DNA of 32,000 bases from Pseudomonas aeruginosa (GTDB lineage Bacteria; Pseudomonadota; Gammaproteobacteria; Pseudomonadales; Pseudomonadaceae), in assembly GCF_001457615.1 (NCBI RefSeq), contig NZ_LN831024.1:3750001-3782000 (forward strand). Reading direction: 5' to 3'. The position numbers and the translations under genes were made by a program. The notes below the pieces were generated by a model. It made no database searches and was not told the origin of the DNA. It saw nothing but the letters and a program-made list of their open reading frames with translations. Each line of letters begins with the position of its first letter. The stretch's first letter is position 1. Below are positions 8,845 through 17,091 of this stretch, in pieces.

Positions 8845-10470
8845 ATGTCTTTGCGCAGTATGCCCATCGCGACCCGTGCCGCCCTGAGTTTCGCCCTGAT
8901 CACCGCCCTGCTGGTCATCACCGGCATCTTTTCCCTGAACCGGATGGGTTCGCTCAACGAAGCCTCTTCGGACATCAGCGACAACTGGCTGCCTAGCGTC
9001 CGCGAAAGCGCCGAGTTGAACGTTCTGCTCGCCGAACTGCGGCAGGTGCAACTGGCCCATGTGCTGGCGGCGGACGATAGCAGCAAGCGCTTCCTGGAAA
9101 GCCGCATGACGGAAATCGGCAAGGAACTGACCGATCGCGAGGGCGCCTACCAACGGCTGATCAGTGGTGCCGACGAGCGCTCGATCTACGAGCGCTACCT
9201 GGCTACCCGGCAGACGCTCCTGCAAAGCCAGCAGACCCTGGTGCAGATGTCGCGCAGCAAGCCGCTGGAAGAGACCCGCCAGTACACCGAAAGCACCTTG
9301 CTCGACCAGTACCGCGCCACCCAGCAGCAACTGCAGGCGCTGATCGACTTCAACGTCAAGGGCGCCAGCCAGGCCAGCCACACGGCCGATGAGGTCTATG
9401 ACAGCGCCTTCGCCGCAGTGATCGGCGTACTGCTGGTCGCCGGCCTCGCTACCGTGGTACTGGCCTGGCTGTTCACCCGCAGCATCACCCAACCGATCGG
9501 CGAGGCGCTGCGAGTGGCCGAGGTGATCGCTTCCGGCGACCTCACCAGCCGCATCGACACCTCTGGCCGCGACGAACCGGCCAAGCTGCTGGTCGCCCTC
9601 CAGGGCATGCAGGCACAACTGCGCCAGACCATCCAGCAGATCGGCAGCTCGGCGACCCAACTGGCCTCCGCCGCGGAGGAACTCAGCGCCGTCACCGAGC
9701 AGGGCAACCGCTCGCTGACCCAGCAGAACGACGAAATCCAGATGGCCGCCACCGCGGTCAACGAGATGACCGCCGCCGTCGAGGAAGTGGCGCGCAACGC
9801 CAGCTCCACCTCGGACGCCTCGTCCGCCTCCGAGCAATCGGCGCAGAACGGACGCCAGCGGGTACTGGAGACGGTCCAGGCGATCCGCCTGATGAGCGAA
9901 GAAGTGGACAATACCTCGGCGCTGGTCGGCGGCCTGGCGGAAAAGGCCCAGGACATTTCCAAGGTCCTCGACGTGATCCGCGGTATCGCCGAACAGACCA
10001 ATCTCCTGGCGCTCAACGCGGCCATCGAGGCGGCTCGCGCCGGCGAGCAGGGCCGCGGTTTCGCCGTGGTCGCCGACGAGGTTCGCGCCCTCGCCCATCG
10101 CACCCAGGAATCCACCCGCGAGATCGAGCAGATGATCGCCAACATCCAGGAAGGCACCGGCGCCGCGGTCGGCGCCATGGACAGCAGCAGCGTACGCGCC
10201 CGCAACATGCTGGAGATCGCCGAAGCCGCCGGCCTGGCGCTGAACGAGATCGCGGAGCGGGTCGGCCAGATCAACGAGCGTACCCTGGTGATCGCCAGCG
10301 CCTCCGAGCAGCAGGCCCAGGTGGCCCGCGAGGTCGACCGCAACCTGGTGAACATCCGCGACATCTCGCTGCAGACGTCCGCCGGCTCCAACCAGACCGC
10401 CGCCGCCAGCCAGGAACTGTCGCAACTGGCCATCGACCTGAACAACATGGTCACCCGCTTCGTCGTCTGA
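8845..10470 (+). CDS. Methyl-accepting chemotaxis protein (541 aa; 2 TM, helical periplasmic sensor domain, HAMP, MCP signalling domain)
   Basis: Start at MSLRSMPIATRAALSFALITALLVITGIF (TM1). Highly conserved signalling hairpin …IAEQTNLLALNAAIEAARAGEQGRGFAVVADEVRALAHRT… The ORF-track start at 8707 runs through the fabB terminator and is rejected. Confidence 0.9.
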   Translation: MSLRSMPIATRAALSFALITALLVITGIFSLNRMGSLNEASSDISDNWLPSVRESAELNVLLAELRQVQLAHVLAADDSSKRFLESRMTEIGKELTDREGAYQRLISGADERSIYERYLATRQTLLQSQQTLVQMSRSKPLEETRQYTESTLLDQYRATQQQLQALIDFNVKGASQASHTADEVYDSAFAAVIGVLLVAGLATVVLAWLFTRSITQPIGEALRVAEVIASGDLTSRIDTSGRDEPAKLLVALQGMQAQLRQTIQQIGSSATQLASAAEELSAVTEQGNRSLTQQNDEIQMAATAVNEMTAAVEEVARNASSTSDASSASEQSAQNGRQRVLETVQAIRLMSEEVDNTSALVGGLAEKAQDISKVLDVIRGIAEQTNLLALNAAIEAARAGEQGRGFAVVADEVRALAHRTQESTREIEQMIANIQEGTGAAVGAMDSSSVRARNMLEIAEAAGLALNEIAERVGQINERTLVIASASEQQAQVAREVDRNLVNIRDISLQTSAGSNQTAAASQELSQLAIDLNNMVTRFVV

Positions 10471-10477
10471 CCATGCC

Positions 10478-10501
10478 GTGCGCCGTCTCACGGCGGCGCA
10501 C
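10478..10501 (+). terminator. Hairpin after the chemoreceptor gene (possible weak terminator)
   Basis: GTGCGCCG-8 nt-CGGCGCAC stem 8 nt after the stop. No T-run follows, so terminator function is uncertain. Confidence 0.3.
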
Positions 10502-10575
10502 TTCCTCCGGTTGCCCAGCGTGAAGCCCGGGTTTTACCATGAAACCCGATCCTCTCCCCCTCCGGAGCCGCCCAG

Positions 10576-11016
10576 ATGGTCAAGCGCACCAGCCACAAGC
10601 AAGCCAGTTGTCCAGTCGCCCGCCCGCTGGACGTGATCGGCGACGGCTGGTCGATGCTCATCGTGCGCGATGCCTTCGAAGGACTGACGCGCTTCGGCGA
10701 ATTCCAGAAGAGCCTCGGCCTGGCCAAGAACATCCTGGCGGCGCGCCTGCGCAACCTGGTGGAGCACGGCGTGATGGTGGCGGTCCCGGCCGAAAGCGGC
10801 AGTCACCAGGAATACCGCCTGACTGACAAGGGACGCGCGCTCTTCCCCCTGCTGGTGGCGATTCGGCAGTGGGGCGAGGACTATTTCTTCGCCCCGGACG
10901 AATCCCATGTCCGCCTGGTCGAGCGCGACAGCGGCCAGCCGGTGCCGCGCCTGCAGGTACGCGCCGGCGACGGCAGTCCGCTCGCCGCGGAAGATACCCG
11001 GGTCAGCAGGGACTGA
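10576..11016 (+). CDS. HxlR-family winged-helix transcriptional regulator
   Basis: 146-aa ORF, GGAG SD 8 nt upstream. Family signature CPVARPLDVIGDGWSMLIVRDAFEGLTRFGEFQKSLGLAKNILAARLRNLVEHGVM. Confidence 0.85.
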   Translation: MVKRTSHKQASCPVARPLDVIGDGWSMLIVRDAFEGLTRFGEFQKSLGLAKNILAARLRNLVEHGVMVAVPAESGSHQEYRLTDKGRALFPLLVAIRQWGEDYFFAPDESHVRLVERDSGQPVPRLQVRAGDGSPLAAEDTRVSRD

Positions 11017-11156
11017 TCGAAGGACGAACAGGCTACCGTCGGCATCCGTTCGTACGCCGCCCTACCGCACGCAGGCAACCCTTGCCCGGTAGAGCGAATG
11101 GCGCCCCCGCGTTATCCACGCCACACAAGAAAACCAGCGCTTTGCATGGCTCGCGC

Positions 11157-11633
11157 TCAGCGCACGTCGAAGGATTTCTCCGCCAGCAGGCGATCGCCCT
11201 GGAACACCATCAACCGCCATTCGCCCTTCACCACTTCGTGCGGCTCGGTGAATTCGTAGGCCATGACATCGGTCGGCGCGCCCGGCACCAGCTTCTGCAC
11301 CACTTCGAACTTGTCATGCCGCTGACCATCCGGAGTGACCACGCCCGGGGTGAGGTAGAGCAGCGTCAAAGGCGTATCGCCTTCCTGCTTGCCGCTGAGT
11401 TGATAACGCATGCCGAACTTGGTGCCGAGCTTGGCCGGGACTTCGGTGGTCTGCTGGATGTTCTGCTCGCTACGGGTCAATACCCGTTCGCCGGGCTGGA
11501 AATCCTGGTAGCGGCTTTCGAACACGCCATATTCGATGGGGCCGTCGATACGCACCTCGGCCTGCGCCGCCACGGCGACGCCGGCGCCGAGCAGGAAGAC
11601 GGAACGACTGATGCAAGAACGGATGAAGGACAT
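11157..11633 (-). CDS. Secreted small protein of unknown function (DUF3859-like by recollection)
   Basis: 158-aa ORF, AGGAG SD 7 nt upstream. Signal peptide SRSVFLLGAGVAVAAQA/EV. Beta-rich mature sequence with no catalytic motif that I recognise. Confidence 0.75.
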   Translation of the reverse strand: MSFIRSCISRSVFLLGAGVAVAAQAEVRIDGPIEYGVFESRYQDFQPGERVLTRSEQNIQQTTEVPAKLGTKFGMRYQLSGKQEGDTPLTLLYLTPGVVTPDGQRHDKFEVVQKLVPGAPTDVMAYEFTEPHEVVKGEWRLMVFQGDRLLAEKSFDVR

Positions 11634-11701
11634 GACTCACTCCTGGATGGGACTGGCGCGAGCCTATGACGCCGGCATGACAGACTGATGACGAATCCGG
11701 G

Positions 11702-12736
11702 TTATTCGCCTCGCGGATCGGCGGGCTGGCGCGGCAGCACCGCCAGAAAGTTGTCCCGCGCCACCTGGCGAGCGACCTGCTCGGGCAAGGCGTCGAGGAA
11801 CGGATCGAAGCTCGCCATCAACTCGGGCAGGCTGTCGAACTGGCCGACCACATCGGAACCGAGCATGAAGCGTTGCGGAAACCGCTCGACCAGTGCCAGC
11901 CACTGCGGATCGGGCTTGCCCTGCTCGTCCAGCAGGTACGGGCGCAACACCGACCAGGACAGGTCGATGTAGAGGTTCGGGTAGCGCTGTAGCAGACGCC
12001 GAAGGGTCGGCAGGAGGAAGTCCAGTTTCTTCTGGTGGCGATGGATCTCCATGCTGGTCCCGGCATGGGCCCAGATGAACCGCACATGCGGGTGATTGCG
12101 CAGGGGCTCCTCGATTTCCGCCAGGTACAGCGGGTTGCGTTCGCGCTTGGAAGTGACGTTGGCGTGCAGCAACACCGGCAGGTCGAATTCGGCGGCCAGG
12201 TGATAGACCCGCGCCAGCGCCTCGTTGTTGGCCCTCGGCACGTCGCCGTAGGTCAGCGCGGTGAGGTCGTCGTGACGGGTAAAGATCTCGCCGATGCCCT
12301 GCCAGAGTCCCGGGTCCAGCTCCAGCATGCGACGGATGTGCGCGTCGGCGTTCTTGTCGGTCGGGTTGAAACCGGTCAGGAACGGATGCACGCGCCGCCG
12401 CTGCTCGGCTGGCAGGGATTTCACCGCCGCCGCCACGATCACGTCGGTGGCGCTGTACCAATAGGCTCCGGCATCGTCACCAGCGTAGTAGCGCGGCCGC
12501 TTCGGCTCGTCCTCGTGCCATTTCTTGGCGACCGCGACGCCGCTGAGCATCACATGGTCGACCCGGCCTTTGTCCATCGCCTCCAGCAGCCGCGGCATGC
12601 CTTCGCTTTCCTGGAAGAAATCCACATAGTGCACGTGAGCGTCGCTGTAGCGATAATCCCTGGCATGGGTCAAGGATGTCACCAGGGACAGGGCGAACAA
12701 TGTCAAAAACAGGGCACGCGTACGGGGGCCAGCCAT
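11702..12736 (-). CDS. Secreted amidohydrolase-family (metal-dependent TIM-barrel) hydrolase
   Basis: 344-aa ORF with an excellent SD (AGGAGG 6 nt before the ATG). Signal peptide RTRALFLTLFALSLVTSLTHA/RD. HxH metal motif at the mature N-terminus (SDAHVHYVDFF), and later …VLLHAN…, …IWAHAG…, …GSD…. Confidence 0.85.
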   Translation of the reverse strand: MAGPRTRALFLTLFALSLVTSLTHARDYRYSDAHVHYVDFFQESEGMPRLLEAMDKGRVDHVMLSGVAVAKKWHEDEPKRPRYYAGDDAGAYWYSATDVIVAAAVKSLPAEQRRRVHPFLTGFNPTDKNADAHIRRMLELDPGLWQGIGEIFTRHDDLTALTYGDVPRANNEALARVYHLAAEFDLPVLLHANVTSKRERNPLYLAEIEEPLRNHPHVRFIWAHAGTSMEIHRHQKKLDFLLPTLRRLLQRYPNLYIDLSWSVLRPYLLDEQGKPDPQWLALVERFPQRFMLGSDVVGQFDSLPELMASFDPFLDALPEQVARQVARDNFLAVLPRQPADPRGE

Positions 12737-13640
12737 GGCATTCCTCCTGATAGGCCTGAGTGAACATAGACCGCTGCCGCTCGGCCAGGGTTCGCCGCTC
12801 CGCTGGCTGGCCCTGCTGTTCGGCCTGCTGGCCTGGCATGCCGGGGCTGGCGAACGGGTGATCTATCCGCGCCATTCCGAAGGGCGCAACCCCGAACCCT
12901 ACGTCGTCGAGCTGCTGCAACTGGCGCTGGCCAGGAGCGGCGGCGACTACCGCCTGGAGCCCAGCGCGCAGCCCATGCCGCAGTCCCGTGCGCAACTGCG
13001 CCTGGAGCAGGACGATCCGGGCCTGCAGGTGATGTGGGCGCAGTCCCGCGACGACCTGGAAGAGACCCTGCTGCCGATCCGCATTCCGATCTATCGCGGC
13101 CTGATCGGCTGGCGCATCCCCCTGGTCAGCGCCGCCAACAAGGATATCCTGGCCTCGGTGCGGACCCTCGACGATCTCCGCCGCCTGCGCTTCGGCCAGC
13201 GCCAGGACTGGGCCGACACACCGATCCTGCGCGCCAACGGCCTGGAGGTGAAGACCAGCCAGAACTACGAGAGCCTGTTCCGCATGCTCGATGCCGGCCG
13301 CTTCGAGGTCTTCCCCCGCGAGGTCGTAGTGATCGACGGAGAACTGGAGGACGCCTCCCGCGCCGGGCTGCACCTGGCGATCGACCAGCACCTGGCCCTG
13401 CACTACCCCGCGGCCTTCTATTTCTTCGTTTCGCGTCAACGCCCGGAACTGGCCGAGGCCATTCGCCAGGGCCTGGAGAAGGCGATTGCCGACGGTAGCT
13501 TCGAACGGCTGTTCGAGCGACATTTCAAGACGCGGCTGGAAAAGCTTGCCCTTCGGCAGCGGAGAATAATCGAGCTGAAAAACCCCTATCTTCCAAGAAA
13601 AACTCCTTTTCAGCGCGAGGCACTCTGGTACCGGCCGTGA
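12735..13640 (+). CDS. Secreted solute-binding-protein-like protein (type-2 periplasmic binding fold), orphan
   Basis: 301-aa ORF. Hydrophobic signal-like segment LRWLALLFGLLAWHAGAG/ER. No ATG, GTG or TTG lies between 12735 and the mature region, so ATG 12735 is the only conventional start. No transporter genes are adjacent. Function uncertain. Confidence 0.65.
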   Translation: MAFLLIGLSEHRPLPLGQGSPLRWLALLFGLLAWHAGAGERVIYPRHSEGRNPEPYVVELLQLALARSGGDYRLEPSAQPMPQSRAQLRLEQDDPGLQVMWAQSRDDLEETLLPIRIPIYRGLIGWRIPLVSAANKDILASVRTLDDLRRLRFGQRQDWADTPILRANGLEVKTSQNYESLFRMLDAGRFEVFPREVVVIDGELEDASRAGLHLAIDQHLALHYPAAFYFFVSRQRPELAEAIRQGLEKAIADGSFERLFERHFKTRLEKLALRQRRIIELKNPYLPRKTPFQREALWYRP

Positions 13641-13669
13641 GCTAGAATGAGGCCTTCACGCCACCACCG

Positions 13670-14101
13670 ATGCCCAGCATGTCCCGTACCACCCCGTACC
13701 GCCTCGACGACCAGATCGGCTTCATCCTGCGCCAGGCCAACCAGCGCTATGCAGCGTTGTTCGCCAATGGCATCGGCAACGGCCTGACACCCACCCAGTG
13801 GGCCGCCCTGGTCCGCCTCGGCGAGACCGGACCCTGCCCGCAGAACCAGCTCGGCCGACTCACCGCCATGGACGCCGCGACCATCAAGGGCGTCGTCGAG
13901 CGCCTGGACAAACGGGGACTGATCCAGCGCAGCGCCGATCCGGACGACGGCCGGCGCCTGCTGGTCAGCCTCAGTCCTGCCGGACGCGCCGAACTCGAGG
14001 CCGGCCTGGCGGCCGCCCGCGAGATCAACCGGCAGGCCTTGGCCCCCCTCTCCCCGCAAGAACAGGAAACCCTGCGCGGGTTGCTCGCTCGCCTGACCTG
14101 A
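13670..14101 (+). CDS. MarR-family transcriptional regulator
   Basis: 143-aa ORF (alternative ATG at 13679). wHTH region LTPTQWAALVRLGETGPCPQNQLGRLTAMDAATIKGVVERLDKRGLIQRSADPDDGRRLLVSLSPAG. Confidence 0.85.
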   Translation: MPSMSRTTPYRLDDQIGFILRQANQRYAALFANGIGNGLTPTQWAALVRLGETGPCPQNQLGRLTAMDAATIKGVVERLDKRGLIQRSADPDDGRRLLVSLSPAGRAELEAGLAAAREINRQALAPLSPQEQETLRGLLARLT

Positions 14102-14173
14102 GGCCATTGCGGTCTATCCTTTTGTCCGCGTTGCGTCGCCCGGAGCTGCGCCTTTCGTCGTAGCGGCCTGCCA

Positions 14174-14203
14174 TTGACAGTTCACCGCAGGCGTTCATAA
14201 CAT
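14174..14203 (+). promoter_or_regulatory. Candidate sigma-70 promoter of the oxidoreductase operon (TTGACA-N18-TAACAT)
   Basis: Perfect -35 TTGACA at 14174-14179. -10-like TAACAT at 14198-14203 (or CATAAC with a 16-nt spacer). About 105 nt upstream of the first gene of the operon. Confidence 0.45.
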
Positions 14204-14218
14204 GTTTGTATACAAACA
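14203..14218. promoter_or_regulatory. Perfect 16-bp palindrome TGTTTGTATACAAACA (candidate operator)
   Basis: Exact self-complementarity verified base by base. It is 75% AT in a roughly 66% GC context. It abuts the candidate -10 box and would cover the transcription start. It lies between the MarR gene and the oxidoreductase operon. Confidence 0.5.
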
Positions 14219-14307
14219 AATTCCCGCATAGCCGCATGCTACCAGGCACGGCTGACGGGATATCCGCCTGATGAACAGCCATGCCGCCGGCATGGGGAGA
14301 AACCGCC

Positions 14308-14799
14308 ATGAGCGATGCCCTTGCCCTGACCGTCAACGGTCAGTCCCTGCGCCTCGATGTCGCCCCCGATACCCCCCTGCTCTATGTCCTGCGCAACGAC
14401 CTGCAACTGAACGGTCCCAAGTTCGGCTGCGGCCTCGGCGAGTGCGGCGCCTGCACCGTGCTGATGGATGGCGTCGCCACCCGCTCCTGCATCACCCCGG
14501 TGGAGGCCGCCGTAGGCCGCCGGGTGGTTACCCTCGAAGGACTCGGCGATGCCGCCCATCCCCATCCGCTGCAACAGGCCTTCATCGACGAACAGGCCGC
14601 CCAATGCGGCTACTGCATCAACGGCATGGTGATGACCGCCAAGGCGTTGCTGGATCGCAACCCGAACCCCAGCGACGGCGAGATCCGCCAGGAATTGGCC
14701 TACAACCTGTGTCGCTGCGGCACCCATGTGGAGATTCTCAAGGCCGTGCGGCGTGCCGCCGAGAGCCTGAAGGAGCATCAGGAGGAGCACCCGGCATGA
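14308..14799 (+). CDS. Oxidoreductase small subunit, [2Fe-2S]-binding (IorA / aldehyde-oxidase gamma-type)
   Basis: 163 aa from ATG 14308 (GGGGAGA SD). Two Fe-S cysteine clusters: CGLGECGACTV and CGYCINGM…CRCGTH. Confidence 0.9.
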   Translation: MSDALALTVNGQSLRLDVAPDTPLLYVLRNDLQLNGPKFGCGLGECGACTVLMDGVATRSCITPVEAAVGRRVVTLEGLGDAAHPHPLQQAFIDEQAAQCGYCINGMVMTAKALLDRNPNPSDGEIRQELAYNLCRCGTHVEILKAVRRAAESLKEHQEEHPA

Positions 14800-17042
14800 G
14801 CCTGGCCAATCCCTCGCGACGCGGCTTCCTCAAGGCCGGCGGCCTGCTGCTGGTCACCGTCAACCTGCCCGCCCCGCTGCTCGCCCTTGCCGAGCAGGGC
14901 GCCACCGACCTGCCGCTGGACCAGGTCGACTCGTTCATCGCCATTGCCGCGGACGGCAAGGTCACCGCCTTCTGCGGCCACGTCGACCTTGGTACCGGCA
15001 TCCGCACGGCACTGGCGCAGATTGTCGCCGAAGAGTTGGACGTCGCGTTCGAGCAGGTCGAGATGATCCTCGGCGACACCCGTCGCACACCGGACCAGGG
15101 GCCGACCATCGCCAGCGCCAGCATCCAGGTCAGCGCCGTGCCGCTGCGCCAGGCCGCCGCCGAAGCCCGGCGCTTCCTCCTGCGCCAGGCCGGAAGCCAT
15201 TTCCCGGTGCATCCGGACAGCCTGCGCAGCGAAAACGGCCAGGTCTTCGCCGCCGCCAATCCGCAGCGACGGATCGGCTACGGCGAGTTGCTGCGAGGCC
15301 AGCGCTTCAACCTGAACATCGACGGCAAGGCGCCGCTCAAGCCGCGCAGCGAGTACCGTCTGGTCGGCAAGCCGGTGCGTCGGGTGGACATCCCGGCGAA
15401 GCTGACCGGTCAACTGACCTATGTCCACGACATGCGCTTGCCCGGCATGCTGCATGGGCGAGTGGTACGCCCGCCCTATACCGGCGCGGATGTCAGCGCC
15501 CCGCTCGGCAGCGGCCTGCTGGCGGTGGACGAAAGCTCGGTCGCCGGGCTGCCGGGGCTGGTCAAGGTGGTCGTGATCGGCGACTTCGTCGGCGTGGTCT
15601 GCGAACGCGAGGAGCAGGCGATCCGCGCCGCGCGCCAGCTCAAGGTGCGCTGGAAGGACTGGCAGGGCCTGCCGCCGCTGGAACCCGACCGGCTCGAGGA
15701 CACGCTTCGCCGGCATCCGAAGAAGCCACGCACGCTGCACGACTCACCCGGTCTCGAGCAGCACCTCGCGGGCATCGCCCGGCCGCTGTCGGCCACCTAT
15801 GTCTGGCCCTACCAGTTGCACGCCTCCATCGGCCCTTCCTGCGCCCTCGCCGAGGTCGATGCGCAGCGCGCTCGCGTCTGGTCCGGCACGCAGAACCCGC
15901 ACGACCTGCGCAACGACCTGGCCAGGCTGCTGCAGCGCGAGACCGGGGACATCGAGGTGATTCGCATGGAAGCCGCCGGCTGCTACGGACGCAACGGCGC
16001 CGACGACGTCAGCGCCGACGCCGTGCTCCTGGCGCAGGCAGTGGGCCGGCCGGTGCGGGTACAACTGATGCGCGAACAGGAACATGGCTGGGAACCGAAA
16101 GGCACCGCGCAATTGATCGAGGTCCGCGGCGGTCTCGACGAGCAAGGCCGGGTGGCGGCCTACGACTTCGCCACCTGCTACCCCTCCAACGGCGCGCCGA
16201 CCCTGGCCCTGCTCCTCACCGGGCGAATCCCGGCCACCCCGCAGGTGGCCGACATGGGCGACCGCACCGCGATCCCGCAATACCGCTACCCGCGGATGCG
16301 GGTGGTGGCCAACGACGCCGCCCCCATCGTCCGCGCGTCCTGGATGCGCGGCGTCTCGGCGCTGCCGAACGTGTTCGCCCATGAGTCCTACGTCGACGAA
16401 CTGGCGCACCTGGCCGGCATCGACCCCATCGCCTTCCGCCGCCGCTACCTGGACGACCAGCGCGCCCTGGCGCTGATCGACGCCCTGGTCGCCCGCTCCG
16501 GCTGGCAGCCACGCACCTCCCCCAACCCAGAGGCGCGCCGGGACGGCTTGCTGAAGGGACGCGGCTTCGCCTATGCGCGCTACTTCCACAGCAAGTTTCC
16601 CGGTTTCGGCGCCGCCTGGGCCGCCTGGATCGTCGACGTCGAGGTGAACCCGGAGAACGGCGCGGTGCGCGTCGCCAAGGTCTGGGTCGCCCATGACTGC
16701 GGGCAGATGGTCAATCCCGATGGGGTCAGGCACCAGGTCCACGGCAACGTCATCCAGTCCACCAGCCGGGTACTCAAGGAGTTCGCCACCTTCGACCGCC
16801 GTGGCGTCACCAGCCTGGAATGGGGCGGCTACCCGATCCTCGGCTTCCCCGAACTGCCGGAGATCGACGTACTGCTGCTCGACCGCCCCGAGCAGCCACC
16901 GATGGGCGCTGGCGAGTCAGCCTCGGTGCCCAGCGCCGCGGCCATCGCCAATGCGATCTTCGACGCTACCGGGGCGCGCCTGCGACAGGTGCCGTTCACT
17001 CCGGAACGCGTACTCGCGGCGCTGCGCAGCGCGCAGGCCTGA
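14796..17042 (+). CDS. Oxidoreductase large subunit, molybdopterin-binding (IorB / aldehyde-oxidase alpha-type) with Tat signal
   Basis: 748 aa. ATGA overlap with the small-subunit stop (14796-14799), AGGAGGA SD. Twin-arginine leader MSLANPSRRGFLKAGGLLLV…ALA. Xanthine-dehydrogenase-family-like sequence throughout. Confidence 0.9.
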   Translation: MSLANPSRRGFLKAGGLLLVTVNLPAPLLALAEQGATDLPLDQVDSFIAIAADGKVTAFCGHVDLGTGIRTALAQIVAEELDVAFEQVEMILGDTRRTPDQGPTIASASIQVSAVPLRQAAAEARRFLLRQAGSHFPVHPDSLRSENGQVFAAANPQRRIGYGELLRGQRFNLNIDGKAPLKPRSEYRLVGKPVRRVDIPAKLTGQLTYVHDMRLPGMLHGRVVRPPYTGADVSAPLGSGLLAVDESSVAGLPGLVKVVVIGDFVGVVCEREEQAIRAARQLKVRWKDWQGLPPLEPDRLEDTLRRHPKKPRTLHDSPGLEQHLAGIARPLSATYVWPYQLHASIGPSCALAEVDAQRARVWSGTQNPHDLRNDLARLLQRETGDIEVIRMEAAGCYGRNGADDVSADAVLLAQAVGRPVRVQLMREQEHGWEPKGTAQLIEVRGGLDEQGRVAAYDFATCYPSNGAPTLALLLTGRIPATPQVADMGDRTAIPQYRYPRMRVVANDAAPIVRASWMRGVSALPNVFAHESYVDELAHLAGIDPIAFRRRYLDDQRALALIDALVARSGWQPRTSPNPEARRDGLLKGRGFAYARYFHSKFPGFGAAWAAWIVDVEVNPENGAVRVAKVWVAHDCGQMVNPDGVRHQVHGNVIQSTSRVLKEFATFDRRGVTSLEWGGYPILGFPELPEIDVLLLDRPEQPPMGAGESASVPSAAAIANAIFDATGARLRQVPFTPERVLAALRSAQA

Positions 17043-17053
17043 TCCTTTTCCCC

Positions 17054-17071
17054 GGGGCGCCGCGGCGCCCC
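17054..17071. repeat. GC-only palindrome GGGGCGCC-gc-GGCGCCCC between the large subunit and cytochrome genes
   Basis: Perfect 8-bp arms in the 49-nt intercistronic gap. Probably an mRNA hairpin. No T-run follows. Confidence 0.4.
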
Positions 17072-17091
17072 GCGCAGTGGATGACTGACAG

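Noticed and set aside
7458-10491. Antisense ORFs 7458..8708(-) and 8749..10491(-), opposite fabB and the chemoreceptor gene
   Set aside because: Same shadow-ORF signature. The sense-strand genes are unambiguous.
11062-11092. Bulged hairpin (CTACCG…GGCAA-ccc-TTGCC-CGGTAG) between the convergent HxlR and DUF3859-like genes, considered as a bidirectional terminator
   Set aside because: The stem is interrupted, and neither strand has a U-tract. This is too weak to call.
14203-14218. Reading the 16-bp palindrome as a PsrA-type box
   Set aside because: As I recall it, the PsrA motif is (G/C)AAAC-N2-4-GTTT(G/C). Here the half-sites are in the opposite order (GTTTG-TATA-CAAAC), so it is not the same site.
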